DNA of 64,000 nucleotides from a candidate division WOR-3 bacterium. GTDB lineage: Bacteria > Hydrothermota > 32-111. Of the stretch, positions 11,101 to 21,268 are shown one piece after another. Location of the stretch: assembly GCA_039804105.1 (NCBI GenBank), contig JBDRZU010000002.1, positions 64,001 through 128,000 of the forward strand, in the 5' to 3' direction. A program made the translations under genes and the position numbers. The notes under the pieces were generated by a model. It saw nothing but the letters and a program-made list of their open reading frames with translations, searched no databases and was not told where the DNA came from. Numbering within the stretch: the stretch's first letter is position 1; the number at the start of each line of letters is the position of its first letter.

Positions 11101-11610
11101 GAAAACATAAAAAAATCTGTATTCGTTGAAAAAGTTAAAAGTGAAATCGAGAAAATTTTTAATGAAAAATTTTCCTTATTTTCGAAAAGGGTTGATATTC
11201 TTCTGTTCAACATATGCAACATCTTCATACACACCATCGACAACCTCTGGATAGAACAGTTGTATGAACTCGATGCGATAAAGGAAGGTATATCGTTAAG
11301 AGGTTACGCACAAAGGGATCCACTCATAGAATACAAAAGGGAAGCATACATTCTGTTCAACGATTTTATGGACAATCTCTTCAAACAGTTCTCTGAAAAA
11401 TTCCTTTCATCCTTTGAACAGATGGAAATAAAAAGGAATGAGATCAAAAGAATGGAAACGATCAAAGAAACGATCTCCAACATCTCAGATGAAGAGAAAG
11501 AGGTCAAGAGTAAACCTGTTGTAAATCAGACAAAAAAGATCGGCAGAAACGATCCATGTTTCTGCGGTTCTGGTAAAAAATATAAAAATTGTCATGGTAA
11601 AGGACTATGA
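8131..11610 (+). CDS. secA: Preprotein translocase ATPase SecA (long form)
   Basis: MATGEGKT, DEVDSVLIDEARTPLIIS, ATNMAGRGTDIKLG, ESRRIDRQLRGRSGRQGDPG, C-terminal SEC-C GRNDPCFCGSGKKYKNCHG. Confidence 0.97.
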   Translation: MKNILNIFFPTYTQKKLKEYKTIVDKINSVYENYLNDKSISPIKKTEEFKKRIESGEDLSSLLVESFALVKYVMKKLYDEKYEYQYEDMKFVWDMVPYDVQLMGSLGLFEGNIVEMATGEGKTLVAVMPLYLHSLKKEGAYLVTVNDYLAKRDRAWMYPVYERLGVSVGLIQMGMDSHERRKNYNCDITYVTNNEFGFDYLRDNMAFQRSDKVLREKFYYAIIDEVDSVLIDEARTPLIISGFPFGDPSEKRTEQLYRSLNPFVNQFVRSQKEIVRKIFEKAKKDYQEKDEEEGIKGFLTCKRGLPKMKELIELMQNPEILTKMERIENNLLRDKLLYTLDTELLYSIDEKSGAVTITDKGEDYFEKISQDKEFFKTPELSIELKKIEDDFEDPEERSKKKNEVMQKYVVKSEQIHALHQLLKAYTLFEKDVEYIVQNGKIVIVDEHTGRLMPGRRFSEGLHSAIEAKEGVRIEEETKTLATITLQNLFRMFEKLSGMTGTAETEAEEFMHIYKLPVIVIPTNKKVIRKDYDDLVFIRKDEKIKYVLDLIVKLHDAGIPVLVGTASVQSSEYLDSFLKTRKDLTGKPLRYNILNARYHEKEAKIVAEAGLQGAITIATNMAGRGTDIKLGKTIKMLHERSCLLWALKIKNELNKNPLIIYTSPKSKEFYETLLKDDWYLKDKSLYFSFNKDNSDKIIITDDLSLKNDKNRFIIETIDPEKIEDRKVYVDFDNSGNPTISFPEGLFVLGTEKHESRRIDRQLRGRSGRQGDPGASLFTVSLEDDLMRIFGNERMSEMIKRLESISSRDVNISHKLLTSSIESAQKKIESLNFERRKYLLQYDDVINKQREVVYQIRNYFLEKKPTIEFLDKELFLKTLLDFKEQFSKDNSTDYKKNLLRELSIVFNCDILKDFSFENFDETVFEKIYTTIYEHYKKNFNEVTEYIKENVLQTVEEFLNSNIEEDKSFEESDNQKINDFLLNNFKISLKIKDENIKKSVFVEKVKSEIEKIFNEKFSLFSKRVDILLFNICNIFIHTIDNLWIEQLYELDAIKEGISLRGYAQRDPLIEYKREAYILFNDFMDNLFKQFSEKFLSSFEQMEIKRNEIKRMETIKETISNISDEEKEVKSKPVVNQTKKIGRNDPCFCGSGKKYKNCHGKGL

Positions 11611-13571
11611 AGGAAAATGAAATCAAGGAAAAGATTGAAAAGTTAAGAAAAGAGATTGAAAAATACGATTATCATTATTACGTTTTGAATGAACCTTTGA
11701 TCGATGATTACGAGTATGATAAACTTTATCACCAACTTTTAGAACTTGAAAAGAAATATCCTGAGTTCTATTCTCCGACCTCCCCTACCCAACGTGTATC
11801 TGATAGAAATATAGAAAATTTTGAAAAATTTGAACATAAACCAAAAATGTTATCCCTTGATAACACATACTCTGATGGTGAAATCTTTGATTTTGATAAA
11901 AGGATCAAAAATATTGTTCAAGAAGATTTTTCATATGTTGTAGAGCCAAAAATAGATGGTGTCGCTGTATCGATAATCTATAAAGATGGGATCTTTTTTA
12001 AGGGACTCACAAGGGGTGATGGTAACATTGGTGATGATGTTTCAGAGAATATTAAAACGATTAGAGAATTACCTTTAACTTTGAAAAGGGAATTCAAAGG
12101 TGAATTAATCGTAAGAGGTGAGGTCTTTTTTACAAAGGAAAGGTTTTCAAAAATTCAGGATATTTATTCGTTTTCGAATGCAAGGAATGCGGCATCGGGA
12201 ACCTTAAAACTTTTATCTCCAAGAGAGGTCAGTAAAAGAAATTTATCGATAAGGATACATACCGTTGTAACCGAACTTGAAAAAACACATATAGAGAGTT
12301 TAAAAAAACTTCAAGAACTTGGAATCCCAGTTGTTGAAAAATACTTTTTCGCAAAAGATATCAAACAGGTTATAGATATTAAAGAAAAATTTAAAGATGA
12401 AAGATACTCTCTCCCCTACGAAACTGATGGAATCGTGATAAAGGTAAATGAACTCTCTTTAAGAGAAAAAATCGGTTACACTTCAAAATCTCCAAGATGG
12501 GCATTTGCGTTCAAATATGAACCTGAAAGAGCGATCACAAAGTTAGTTTCAGTTTCATTTCAGGTTGGAAGGACTGGAGTTATAACTCCAGTTGCAAACC
12601 TTGAACCAGTTTTCATCTCAGGTTCAACCGTTAAAAGATCAACTTTACACAATTTTGATGAAATCGAACGACTCGATCTTATGGTCAATGATTATGTTCT
12701 TATTGAAAAAAGTGGTGAGATAATTCCAAAGGTCATAAAGGTTATAAAGGAGAAAAGGGGAAAAGATTGTCAGAGGATCGAAAGACCAAAAGAATGCCCT
12801 TCATGTGGGCAACCTCTGGTTCAGTATGAAAACGAGGTTGCTTTAAGATGTATCAATAAAAATTGTCCAGCACAGATTGAACTCTCCCTTTTACATTTCT
12901 GTTCAAAAAATGGAATGAACATTGAAAACCTTGGAGAGATGATGGTGAAAAAACTTCTTGAATATAAAATAGTGGAAACGATACCCGACATCTTCAGATT
13001 GAACTATGATAAACTTTTTAAAATTCCAAGAATCAAAGAAAAGAGTGCCAAAAATATTCTCGATTCGATAGAAAGATCGAAAAAAACAACATTAAAGAGG
13101 TTCATATACTCCCTTGGAATAAAAAATGTTGGAGAATATCTTTCTGAAAAATTGTCTGAAAATTATACAAATATAGATGAACTCATAAAATCTGACTATG
13201 AAAAGATCCGAAAAATTGAAGGTGTTGGAGATGAAACAGCAAACAATATAATTCTTTTTTTCAAAAATCAAGAGAATCTAAAGATGATAAAAGAACTTCT
13301 TGAACTTGGAGTAACATTTGAAGGTAAAGCCAAATCTGATATTTTAAAAGGCAAAAATTTTGTTGTTACAGGGACTTTAAAGAATTACAAAAGGGATGAG
13401 ATAAAAAATATAATAATCGAAAACGGTGGAAACTTTTCCGAAAACCTTTCATCAAAAACGGACTATCTGATAGTTGGTACGGATCCGGGTTCGAAACTCG
13501 AGAAAGCAAAAAAATTGAATGTAAAAACGATAGATGAAGATGAATTTTTAAAAATGCTGGAGAACAGATGA
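11607..13571 (+). CDS. ligA: NAD-dependent DNA ligase
   Basis: EPKIDG adenylation motif, RNAASG, VGRTG, CPSC..C..C zinc finger, BRCT end. Confidence 0.97.
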   Translation: MKENEIKEKIEKLRKEIEKYDYHYYVLNEPLIDDYEYDKLYHQLLELEKKYPEFYSPTSPTQRVSDRNIENFEKFEHKPKMLSLDNTYSDGEIFDFDKRIKNIVQEDFSYVVEPKIDGVAVSIIYKDGIFFKGLTRGDGNIGDDVSENIKTIRELPLTLKREFKGELIVRGEVFFTKERFSKIQDIYSFSNARNAASGTLKLLSPREVSKRNLSIRIHTVVTELEKTHIESLKKLQELGIPVVEKYFFAKDIKQVIDIKEKFKDERYSLPYETDGIVIKVNELSLREKIGYTSKSPRWAFAFKYEPERAITKLVSVSFQVGRTGVITPVANLEPVFISGSTVKRSTLHNFDEIERLDLMVNDYVLIEKSGEIIPKVIKVIKEKRGKDCQRIERPKECPSCGQPLVQYENEVALRCINKNCPAQIELSLLHFCSKNGMNIENLGEMMVKKLLEYKIVETIPDIFRLNYDKLFKIPRIKEKSAKNILDSIERSKKTTLKRFIYSLGIKNVGEYLSEKLSENYTNIDELIKSDYEKIRKIEGVGDETANNIILFFKNQENLKMIKELLELGVTFEGKAKSDILKGKNFVVTGTLKNYKRDEIKNIIIENGGNFSENLSSKTDYLIVGTDPGSKLEKAKKLNVKTIDEDEFLKMLENR

Positions 13572-14881
13572 AGGTAAAACTTTCTGGTTTTAATTTCGAT
13601 AGAGATAACAGTGAAAATTTCAAAACTCCTGAAACGATCTGTGCTGCTTATGCAAGAATTTCAAGATCAGAAAAGAGTATTGAAGAGTTAAGAAGAGAAG
13701 CATCAGAGGACATTGAAAACGCAAGAAGATCAAACGAGAAAATAGTTTTTCAACTTGGTCATTCGTCGATCGCTGAACATGCTGTTTTCAACTTTGATCT
13801 TACTGATATTTCAAGATTTTCAATAGAATACATTCAACATCATAGATTGGCTTCATTCACGGAAAAATCACAAAGATATGTTAATATGAAAAATGGCTAC
13901 TTGATACCAGAAGAAATCGAACATGACAGAAATTTAAAAACAGAATATTTAAAATTCTGTGAAAAAGCATTTTCGTTATATAAAGAATCCTTAGAATTTT
14001 TAAACACTCAGAAGGATAAACAGACATCAAATGAGGATTCAAGATATTTTTTACCTCTTTCTACTCTGACACAGTGCGGAATGACGCTGAACGGAAGAAC
14101 TCTTGAATATATGATCGCAAGATTGAAGAGTCAAAATATAGTTGAGTTGAGTAAAATCGCTTCAGAACTTGAGAGGGAGTCGGTCAAACTTGCTCCTTCG
14201 ATAATCAAATATACTGAAGGAAACGAAAAATTCAAAAACTATGAAGATTTTCCAGCATACAAACTCAGTGGAGAAAATGTAAAAATTTTGAACTATACAA
14301 AAAATTTTTCAGATCTTTTTGTAAACTCTTTTCTTTTCCATAAAGAAGGTAAAAGATTTTCAAAAAAAAAGTTTGATAAAACTTTTAAAGAACAACTTAT
14401 CGATGAAATCTTTAAAAATTTAAAATCATACGATAAACCACCAAGAGAGTTTGAACTTGCAGATTACACATTCAGGATAATATGTTCATCATCATGTTTT
14501 GCTCAACTCAAAAGGCACCGTATAGCAACGATAATCACTCAGGGATACTCAACCATATCAAATCCTGTTGTTCCCCACACACTAAAAGAAACAAAATTTG
14601 AAAATGAACTTTTAAAACTCCAACAAGAATCAAATATCCTTGCGAAAAAACTTTACAAAAAAAATCCTTTGCTTTGTAATTACGCTGTTTTAAACGCAAC
14701 AAAAAGATCTGTAATTTTAAAAATGAATGCTAGAGAGATTTATCATTTTGTAAGATTAAGATCTGATAAACATGCCCAGTGGGAGATAAGAGAAATATCA
14801 GATCAAATAACCCAACTTTTGAGAGAGAAAGAACCTATAATGTTTAAATATCTTTCTGGAAAAGATGAATATTTAAAATGA
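13568..14881 (+). CDS. thyX: FAD-dependent thymidylate synthase, long two-domain form
   Basis: GHSSIAEH, HHRLASFTEKSQRY, second half QLKRHR and LRSDKHAQWEIR. Confidence 0.88.
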   Translation: MKVKLSGFNFDRDNSENFKTPETICAAYARISRSEKSIEELRREASEDIENARRSNEKIVFQLGHSSIAEHAVFNFDLTDISRFSIEYIQHHRLASFTEKSQRYVNMKNGYLIPEEIEHDRNLKTEYLKFCEKAFSLYKESLEFLNTQKDKQTSNEDSRYFLPLSTLTQCGMTLNGRTLEYMIARLKSQNIVELSKIASELERESVKLAPSIIKYTEGNEKFKNYEDFPAYKLSGENVKILNYTKNFSDLFVNSFLFHKEGKRFSKKKFDKTFKEQLIDEIFKNLKSYDKPPREFELADYTFRIICSSSCFAQLKRHRIATIITQGYSTISNPVVPHTLKETKFENELLKLQQESNILAKKLYKKNPLLCNYAVLNATKRSVILKMNAREIYHFVRLRSDKHAQWEIREISDQITQLLREKEPIMFKYLSGKDEYLK

Positions 14882-16005
14882 ACAATAGACCATTAAAAAT
14901 ACTTTTGGTTTCAGACCCATACTATCCCTACCCATCAGGAATTTCAGAATATACCTTCTATCTTTCAAAATATTTAAAAAAACATCGCAATGAAGTCCAG
15001 ATCCTAACGACACACTACAAAGGAGAAAAGGAAGAGAAAGGTGTGATAAGGTTTGGAAAAGTTTTGATGATACCAATGAACAAATCATACGCAACGATGG
15101 CTTTTGGACTCGATATACCATCGAAGGTTAAAAATCTTCTATCCAACAACGACTTTGATATTGTTCATTTAAACGGCCCCTTTTTCCCATCATTATCCTT
15201 TTTTGCATTACACTATTCAAAAACTAAAAATATCGCTGCTTTTTTGAACGCTGGTTTTAAATTTTACAATTTCGGTTCAAAAATTTTTAGAATCGTATAT
15301 AAAAAATATCTGAACAAAATCGATGGTTATTTTGCTATTTCCGAAACAGCAAAACTCGCTATGGAACCTTATTTCCCAGGTGATTACGAAATAATCCCAG
15401 CAGGTGTTGATGTTGAATTTTTTGAAAGTGAAGGTGAAAAATTTGAAATCGAAGGTTATCCCAAAATACTATTTCTCGGTCGATTGGATGAGAGAAAGGG
15501 TGTTTTAAAAATCATAAATGTTTTCTCTAAACTTTTAAAAATCAAAAAGGATGCAAAATTGATAATCGCAGGCAAAGGTCCTCTCGATGGACAGGCAAAA
15601 CAAATGGTAAAAGACCTCCGTATCGAACGATCAACAATTTTTACTGGATATGTTAAAAAAGATGATATCCCCAAATATTACAGAACAGCAGATATATACT
15701 GCTCTCCCGCTTTAGGTGGTGAGTCCTTTGGCATAGTTCTTCTTGAAGCGATGGCGTGTGGAACTCCAGTAGTTGCTTCAAATATTCATGGTTACTCACA
15801 AGTTATAGAAAACTTAAAGGATGGAGTACTCTTCGATCCACTTTCAGAAGAAGATTTACTTTCGAAACTTATTCTTCTATCTGACGATAAAAATTTAAGA
15901 GAAACCTTAAAGAAAAATGGAAAGAAAAAATCTTTAGATTATTCATGGGAAAATGTGAGTATCAGAATTGAAAACTTTTATAGAAAGATAATATCAAGAA
16001 GTTAA
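14878..16005 (+). CDS. GT4 glycosyltransferase, PimA-like
   Basis: FLGRLDERKG, GGESFGIVLLEAMACGTPVVAS. Confidence 0.88.
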   Translation: MNNRPLKILLVSDPYYPYPSGISEYTFYLSKYLKKHRNEVQILTTHYKGEKEEKGVIRFGKVLMIPMNKSYATMAFGLDIPSKVKNLLSNNDFDIVHLNGPFFPSLSFFALHYSKTKNIAAFLNAGFKFYNFGSKIFRIVYKKYLNKIDGYFAISETAKLAMEPYFPGDYEIIPAGVDVEFFESEGEKFEIEGYPKILFLGRLDERKGVLKIINVFSKLLKIKKDAKLIIAGKGPLDGQAKQMVKDLRIERSTIFTGYVKKDDIPKYYRTADIYCSPALGGESFGIVLLEAMACGTPVVASNIHGYSQVIENLKDGVLFDPLSEEDLLSKLILLSDDKNLRETLKKNGKKKSLDYSWENVSIRIENFYRKIISRS

Positions 16006-17216
16006 GTTTTTTTCTTTTTTTCCTGTGATGCTGGAAAGAGGACATTGTTGAGTATCAATCTGTACCCAGGAGAATTTTTAAAAAGTATAAGTTCTGTTGG
16101 TGGATCGTTTACAAAATGAAGATAATCTTCAGGATCATGGCCTGCAAGAAAAGTAAAAAAACCTTCACCTAAAAATCCATGAATATATTTTGCATAATCT
16201 TTTTCATAACTATCAGCAAGTATCACAACATCCTTTTTTATCTTCCTCTTATCGAAACTTGAAGTTCTTCCAAGAAACTCTTTTATATTATCAGTATGGT
16301 TTTGAGTCAGCATCGCTTCAACGAGGTCAAACTTTGGTGAGAATTTTTTCAATTTGAAGAATCTGTTTTCCCATTCCTGTCTGTTAAAAGGTTCATAATT
16401 TATATCATCTATTTCTATTGTTGGTTTATCGTTCAGTTTAAAATTTTCAAAAGCAATACATTTAGTATAATCAAGAACCGGTGCAACAGTTCCATCACCA
16501 TCAAGAAGTGATGGTATCATATCCTGATATCCCAATGCTAAAGCATCATCAAGAGTGTTTGTCGCAGAACACATGGCAAACAAAAATCCACCTCTTGAAA
16601 TATAATTTTTTATCTCTTTTGCTACATCACGTTTCATCAACCAATACTTTTCATAACCAAGAGATTTTGAAAGATTTTTTTGCATATTGAAAAGATCCTG
16701 AAACCATGGTTCATATAAAGATGAAATGTAAAATCGATCGAGTTGACCAGTAAAATCCTCATGGTGAAGATGGATCCATTCGTATTCATAAATTTTTCCA
16801 GTCAGTATCTCTTTATCATATATAACATCGTACGGTATGTTTGCATAGTCAAGAACAAGCGTAACAGCATCATCCCAAGGCTCTTTGCCAGGGGGTGAAT
16901 AAACAGCAAGTTTTGGAGCTTTCTCAAGAAGAACACTTCTTTCAGTTTGGGACAAAACGAAATCTTTTTTTTCCTCAGAGATTTTTGTAAAGAGAACTCC
17001 CTCTTTTAAACATTCATTTTCGAAAATATCTGACATAATCAAAAAACTACCACCTCTATAGTTCAAAAGCCAGTAAACATTTACACCATTTTTCAGCGCC
17101 CTGTAAACTATACCATACGATTTCAAATGATCGGTTTGTGTTTCATCCATCGGGATAAAAGTGTAAGAAAAAATTTTAATATAAACTATAAAAATTAAAA
17201 AATAAAACTTTTTCAT
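16002..17216 (-). CDS. Conserved exported protein with a class I glutamine-amidotransferase-like motif (family often labelled 'asparagine synthetase B')
   Basis: Signal peptide; HLKSYG, WDDAVTLVL, HLHHEDFTGQ, GGFLFAMCSAT, GHDPEDY, SPGYRLILNNVLFP. Confidence 0.65.
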   Translation of the reverse strand: MKKFYFLIFIVYIKIFSYTFIPMDETQTDHLKSYGIVYRALKNGVNVYWLLNYRGGSFLIMSDIFENECLKEGVLFTKISEEKKDFVLSQTERSVLLEKAPKLAVYSPPGKEPWDDAVTLVLDYANIPYDVIYDKEILTGKIYEYEWIHLHHEDFTGQLDRFYISSLYEPWFQDLFNMQKNLSKSLGYEKYWLMKRDVAKEIKNYISRGGFLFAMCSATNTLDDALALGYQDMIPSLLDGDGTVAPVLDYTKCIAFENFKLNDKPTIEIDDINYEPFNRQEWENRFFKLKKFSPKFDLVEAMLTQNHTDNIKEFLGRTSSFDKRKIKKDVVILADSYEKDYAKYIHGFLGEGFFTFLAGHDPEDYLHFVNDPPTELILFKNSPGYRLILNNVLFPASQEKKKKT

Positions 17217-18529
17217 AAATATTCCAAAAGTAATCCTTTCAAAGGTGTTTTACCATACTTTTTTAAATATTTTTCAACATCCTCTTTTTCAATTATACCT
17301 TTTTTTATTTCAAATAAAAGTATATCACTTATAAGTTCAAAATCTTCAAACGATTCCTGTTTAAATTTTTTTGCCTCCTCAAATTTTCCTTCTTCAAGAA
17401 GCATCTTATAATAAAGAAAAGTTTTCCTTCCAACAGTTAAGATAAACGGTCTTAAATTTTCAGAGTTATTTTGAAAATAATAAAAAAAGAATTGTCCATC
17501 AGGTATTTTTTTGGAAAGGATATAAAGATTTACACAGTTAATTTTTACAAACATATCGACTTTTGAAGATAACATTTTTGATAGAGAAGTTTTCAAATTC
17601 TTCTCGTCGGAATTTAAAAGATAACGAAGAAAATAAAGGTAGTTCATGTAAACACTATTTGTGTTTTTCTTACCCTTCATGAAGAGGTTAAAATTTTCAT
17701 CATCCCTTAGAAAAATAAGTGATAACGGATAAAAAAGAGAGTCACCCTCAAAAAGAACAGTTTTTTCACCTTTTAATAAACTTCGAAAACTTTTGTAAGT
17801 TTTTTCGTAAACTGTTCCTTCAAGTAACGAAGAATAATCGTTTTCAAGATCATAAAAGGATAAAAGATGTATCTCTTCAGAAAATACTTTTATGTTTACT
17901 CTTTTCGCATCAAAAAATTTCACTATTTTTATCTTCTCTTGAAGGCTCAAAATATCGGAATCAAAAATTTTTAAAATATCTTCTTGAGAAAAATCAACCA
18001 ATTCTTTTGCATAAATTTCTTTACCGGTTTGAACTAACAATCTTGCAGTAACAAAAAGTTTCAATTTACTTCTGTTTGATAATCTCTCGTATAACAATTT
18101 ATTGATATTCTCAAATGAAAATTGTGCTGTAATCTTTTTATAATCAATATTTTTTTCATCATCAAACTTTAAAATATATTCAAGGTATTTTTCAAGATCA
18201 TTTTTTTCTTTGAAATATTTTAGAAATATCATATATTCGTTTTCAAATATCATATCCTTTTTAAAAAATGAAACATATATCTCAGGCAAACCATCTCTCA
18301 AAATCAAACTCCTTAAAAAATATTCATAATCCGGTTTCTTGTATTTATCTCTATTTTTAAATATCTCTTTTAAAATCTTTTCTTTATCATAATAATTATC
18401 AAGAGTTTCAACGATTACTTTAAAATTACCTGTTTTTACGATTTCATTCAAATCTTGTGAATTCAAAAAGATGAAACTAGAAAACAATAAAAACAAACAT
18501 ATCGAAACAGATTTTTTCAATCTATTCAT
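17213..18529 (-). CDS. Hypothetical exported helical (TPR-like) protein
   Basis: 438 aa ORF with signal peptide, translationally coupled on both sides; helical-repeat-like composition. Confidence 0.6.
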   Translation of the reverse strand: MNRLKKSVSICLFLLFSSFIFLNSQDLNEIVKTGNFKVIVETLDNYYDKEKILKEIFKNRDKYKKPDYEYFLRSLILRDGLPEIYVSFFKKDMIFENEYMIFLKYFKEKNDLEKYLEYILKFDDEKNIDYKKITAQFSFENINKLLYERLSNRSKLKLFVTARLLVQTGKEIYAKELVDFSQEDILKIFDSDILSLQEKIKIVKFFDAKRVNIKVFSEEIHLLSFYDLENDYSSLLEGTVYEKTYKSFRSLLKGEKTVLFEGDSLFYPLSLIFLRDDENFNLFMKGKKNTNSVYMNYLYFLRYLLNSDEKNLKTSLSKMLSSKVDMFVKINCVNLYILSKKIPDGQFFFYYFQNNSENLRPFILTVGRKTFLYYKMLLEEGKFEEAKKFKQESFEDFELISDILLFEIKKGIIEKEDVEKYLKKYGKTPLKGLLLEYL

Positions 18530-21266
18530 TTAAAATTTCCTGTAGATATAGTTTTATCAAAGGTATCCATTCTTTTCTTTCAAAATTTTCAACATCCTGA
18601 TACTTCTTTTTTAATTGGAAATACTTTTTGTAACCGTAATCTTCCGGCATGATCAGTTTTACAGGGATTTCATAATCTTTTCCTGTAAAACTTTCACGTT
18701 TTTCATCTATCCCTTTTTTGTATATAGATTTTGATATGTTCAACATTCTTTTTAACACTCTATCCTGTTTTTTCAATATCTCTTCATCAAGTTTACCTTG
18801 CTTCAAATCATTTGCAACATCTTTCAAAGAATCCGCAAGAGTTGAAATCGCTTCTCCAACATCTTTAAAAGATTGTTCCCCTAACCTTTTCATCTTCTCA
18901 GAAAGTGATTCTTCCATTTTACCCAACTGGTTCAATATATCCTGCTTCATCTCGCCTTTTCCAAACATTTCCCATAACATCTCGGATATATACTGTTGTT
19001 CTTTTGACATCGAAGACATCTCTTCAGCTAACCTTTCAAGTGATGATGCCCCTTCGCCCTGAGGATTATCTTTCAAAAGAAAGTTTATTATGTTAACATT
19101 TTGTTCTTTCAGAGGCAGAAAATTTCCATTACTGTTTTCAGTAATAGTTTTTGCTGTTCTTAAGAGTATGTTGAGTGGGGATGCGATATCCTCTCCGGTG
19201 TAATCGATTATCGATTGGTAAAGATTTGAAATCAGTTGTACATTCTGAGTGCTATCTATAAGTTCATCTATGAAGAGTAATGTTGTTATAACCAACTCTT
19301 TGTTGTATCTTTGGGTCTTCCCTGATAATTTTTCTATATTTTCTTCGACCTTCTTTTTTAGATCTGCAAGTTTCTCTTTTACTTTTTCTGTTTTTGAGAA
19401 CTCTTTTTCAGATTCTCTTGACAATTTTGAAAGTTCTATAAGATCGTTTTCATACTCTTCGAGGTTATCATCCCTTAAACTCTCTTTTTTTAACTCTTCA
19501 ATCCCTTCGGTTATCTTTTTCTGTTCCTCAAAATTTTTTCCCTGAACTATTTTATTTTCAAAATCTAAAAGTTTTTTCAATTCCTCGTTTAGTTTATTCA
19601 AAGAGAAGATTTTATTCAACTGTTTCAAAATTTCTTTTAATCTTGAAAGATCCTTCTCTATATTTTTGCTTTCACTTTGAATCTTATCGATCAATTTTCT
19701 TTTCTCATCCTCTGAAATATTTTTCATATCTTTTTCAAGAAGTGAAAAAAGATTGTTTAAAATGTTTTTATCTATCTTTTCAAGTTCACTCTTCAACTCA
19801 GCCATCTTTTTATAAAGATTATCTGGCAATCTGTATTCAGATATATCTTTCATCTCCTCTTTAACTTTTTCAAAATTTTCACTTAAATTTTTCAACTCCT
19901 CTTTTAATTGCCTTAAATTCTCTTCTTTCTTCTGTGTTTTTAGTTCATCGAGAATATTTTCAACTCTTTCAGAATATTTTTCAACATCGTTAAAAAATTC
20001 ACTCTTTAAATATGTTGAATCTATAAAAGATGCAACATCTCCCCCCTGTCCAAGTTCAATCTCACTGGATATACCTATCTGTCTTCTAAAAGGATTGTTG
20101 TCTTTTAAAACGAAATGTATTCTTTGATACTTTTCTTTAATCGATTCAAGATTCAATCTGAAAATTAAAATGGTGTCTTTCCCAGAAATTTTGTATGATT
20201 GAAAAGATGAATCATTTACACTTTTTAAAACTAAATAAACAGAATCGTTTCCAAAATCATCCCTGCAAAGGATCGGAAGATCGACCTCATCTTTAATCTG
20301 GAGATTTTTCTCCTGAATTATGATATCAACAAAAGGTTTTTTGTCTTTCATCACATTTACTATAACTGAATCAAAAATATTACCTTTTTTGAATTTTATC
20401 ACACTATCGTTAACAACAGATTTTAATTCAAAAATATATTCTGTTTTATCGTTGAAAAAAACTTTCAGATTCAAAGAGGAAAATTCAACAAGATCTAAAA
20501 AATTACCTCTAAGAGAATAACTTCTTAGTGATGTATAAAGTGGTGGTTTCACATTTGAAACTATAGAATCTATAATAAAACCTTTTAAGAGTTTAAAACT
20601 TAATCTATTCGATTCAACCTTTGGTCCTTTAAAAAACAGATAAGAATCAAGTCCATAATCTTGATCTTTTCTATACCTTGAAAAATTTTTTTCACTCTCA
20701 ACAAAAATGTTTCCAGAGATCGTTCCAAGGTTGAAAGAAAGGACTTTGATATCATAACCTTTACTTTTCAAAACAACTTGTTTTTGAGTTAAATTAAAAG
20801 AGTTTGAAACAAGGTAAGGATTTAATATAACAAATGAAAGAAAAATGATAATTGATAAAAAGAAAAATCTTAAATTTTTATCCCTTTTATTCTCTTTAAA
20901 AAATTTTTTTCCTTTGAAATCTATTTTCTCGAATTCTTGTTTTAAAATTTCAATAAAAGTACTATTCGTTTGATTTTGATTTTCAAAAACGACAAGTGGA
21001 ACATTTTTCAGTTCCCTGTTCAAACTGTTAAAAATTTCAATACTTTTTCTGACAGTAAAAATATTTATAAAAAAATTTTTAAATGAGAAAAGCAAAACGG
21101 TTAAAAATCCAACGATGAAAAATAAATTCTCATGTGGAAAAATGTTGTTTAAAAAAACATGGACTATAAAAAGGAGTGTAAAAAAAGAACAAAATACCAA
21201 TAAACTATCAACAAAACTTTCAAACAATATTTTATGATGAATTTTTTGAAAAATCTTTTTCAACAT
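18522..21266 (-). CDS. Large membrane-anchored coiled-coil protein, DUF4175-like
   Basis: Three N-terminal TMs, beta-rich segment (PPLYT..., DDFG, DNNP), long E/K/Q coiled coil; ATG at 21266 just past the hairpin is preferred to TTG at 21281. Confidence 0.6.
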   Translation of the reverse strand: MLKKIFQKIHHKILFESFVDSLLVFCSFFTLLFIVHVFLNNIFPHENLFFIVGFLTVLLFSFKNFFINIFTVRKSIEIFNSLNRELKNVPLVVFENQNQTNSTFIEILKQEFEKIDFKGKKFFKENKRDKNLRFFFLSIIIFLSFVILNPYLVSNSFNLTQKQVVLKSKGYDIKVLSFNLGTISGNIFVESEKNFSRYRKDQDYGLDSYLFFKGPKVESNRLSFKLLKGFIIDSIVSNVKPPLYTSLRSYSLRGNFLDLVEFSSLNLKVFFNDKTEYIFELKSVVNDSVIKFKKGNIFDSVIVNVMKDKKPFVDIIIQEKNLQIKDEVDLPILCRDDFGNDSVYLVLKSVNDSSFQSYKISGKDTILIFRLNLESIKEKYQRIHFVLKDNNPFRRQIGISSEIELGQGGDVASFIDSTYLKSEFFNDVEKYSERVENILDELKTQKKEENLRQLKEELKNLSENFEKVKEEMKDISEYRLPDNLYKKMAELKSELEKIDKNILNNLFSLLEKDMKNISEDEKRKLIDKIQSESKNIEKDLSRLKEILKQLNKIFSLNKLNEELKKLLDFENKIVQGKNFEEQKKITEGIEELKKESLRDDNLEEYENDLIELSKLSRESEKEFSKTEKVKEKLADLKKKVEENIEKLSGKTQRYNKELVITTLLFIDELIDSTQNVQLISNLYQSIIDYTGEDIASPLNILLRTAKTITENSNGNFLPLKEQNVNIINFLLKDNPQGEGASSLERLAEEMSSMSKEQQYISEMLWEMFGKGEMKQDILNQLGKMEESLSEKMKRLGEQSFKDVGEAISTLADSLKDVANDLKQGKLDEEILKKQDRVLKRMLNISKSIYKKGIDEKRESFTGKDYEIPVKLIMPEDYGYKKYFQLKKKYQDVENFERKEWIPLIKLYLQEILNE

Positions 21267-21268
21267 AT

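Noticed and set aside
16002..17216. Calling this gene asnB
   Set aside because: Has a signal peptide and lacks the N-terminal Ntn Cys and the SGGxDS synthetase motif
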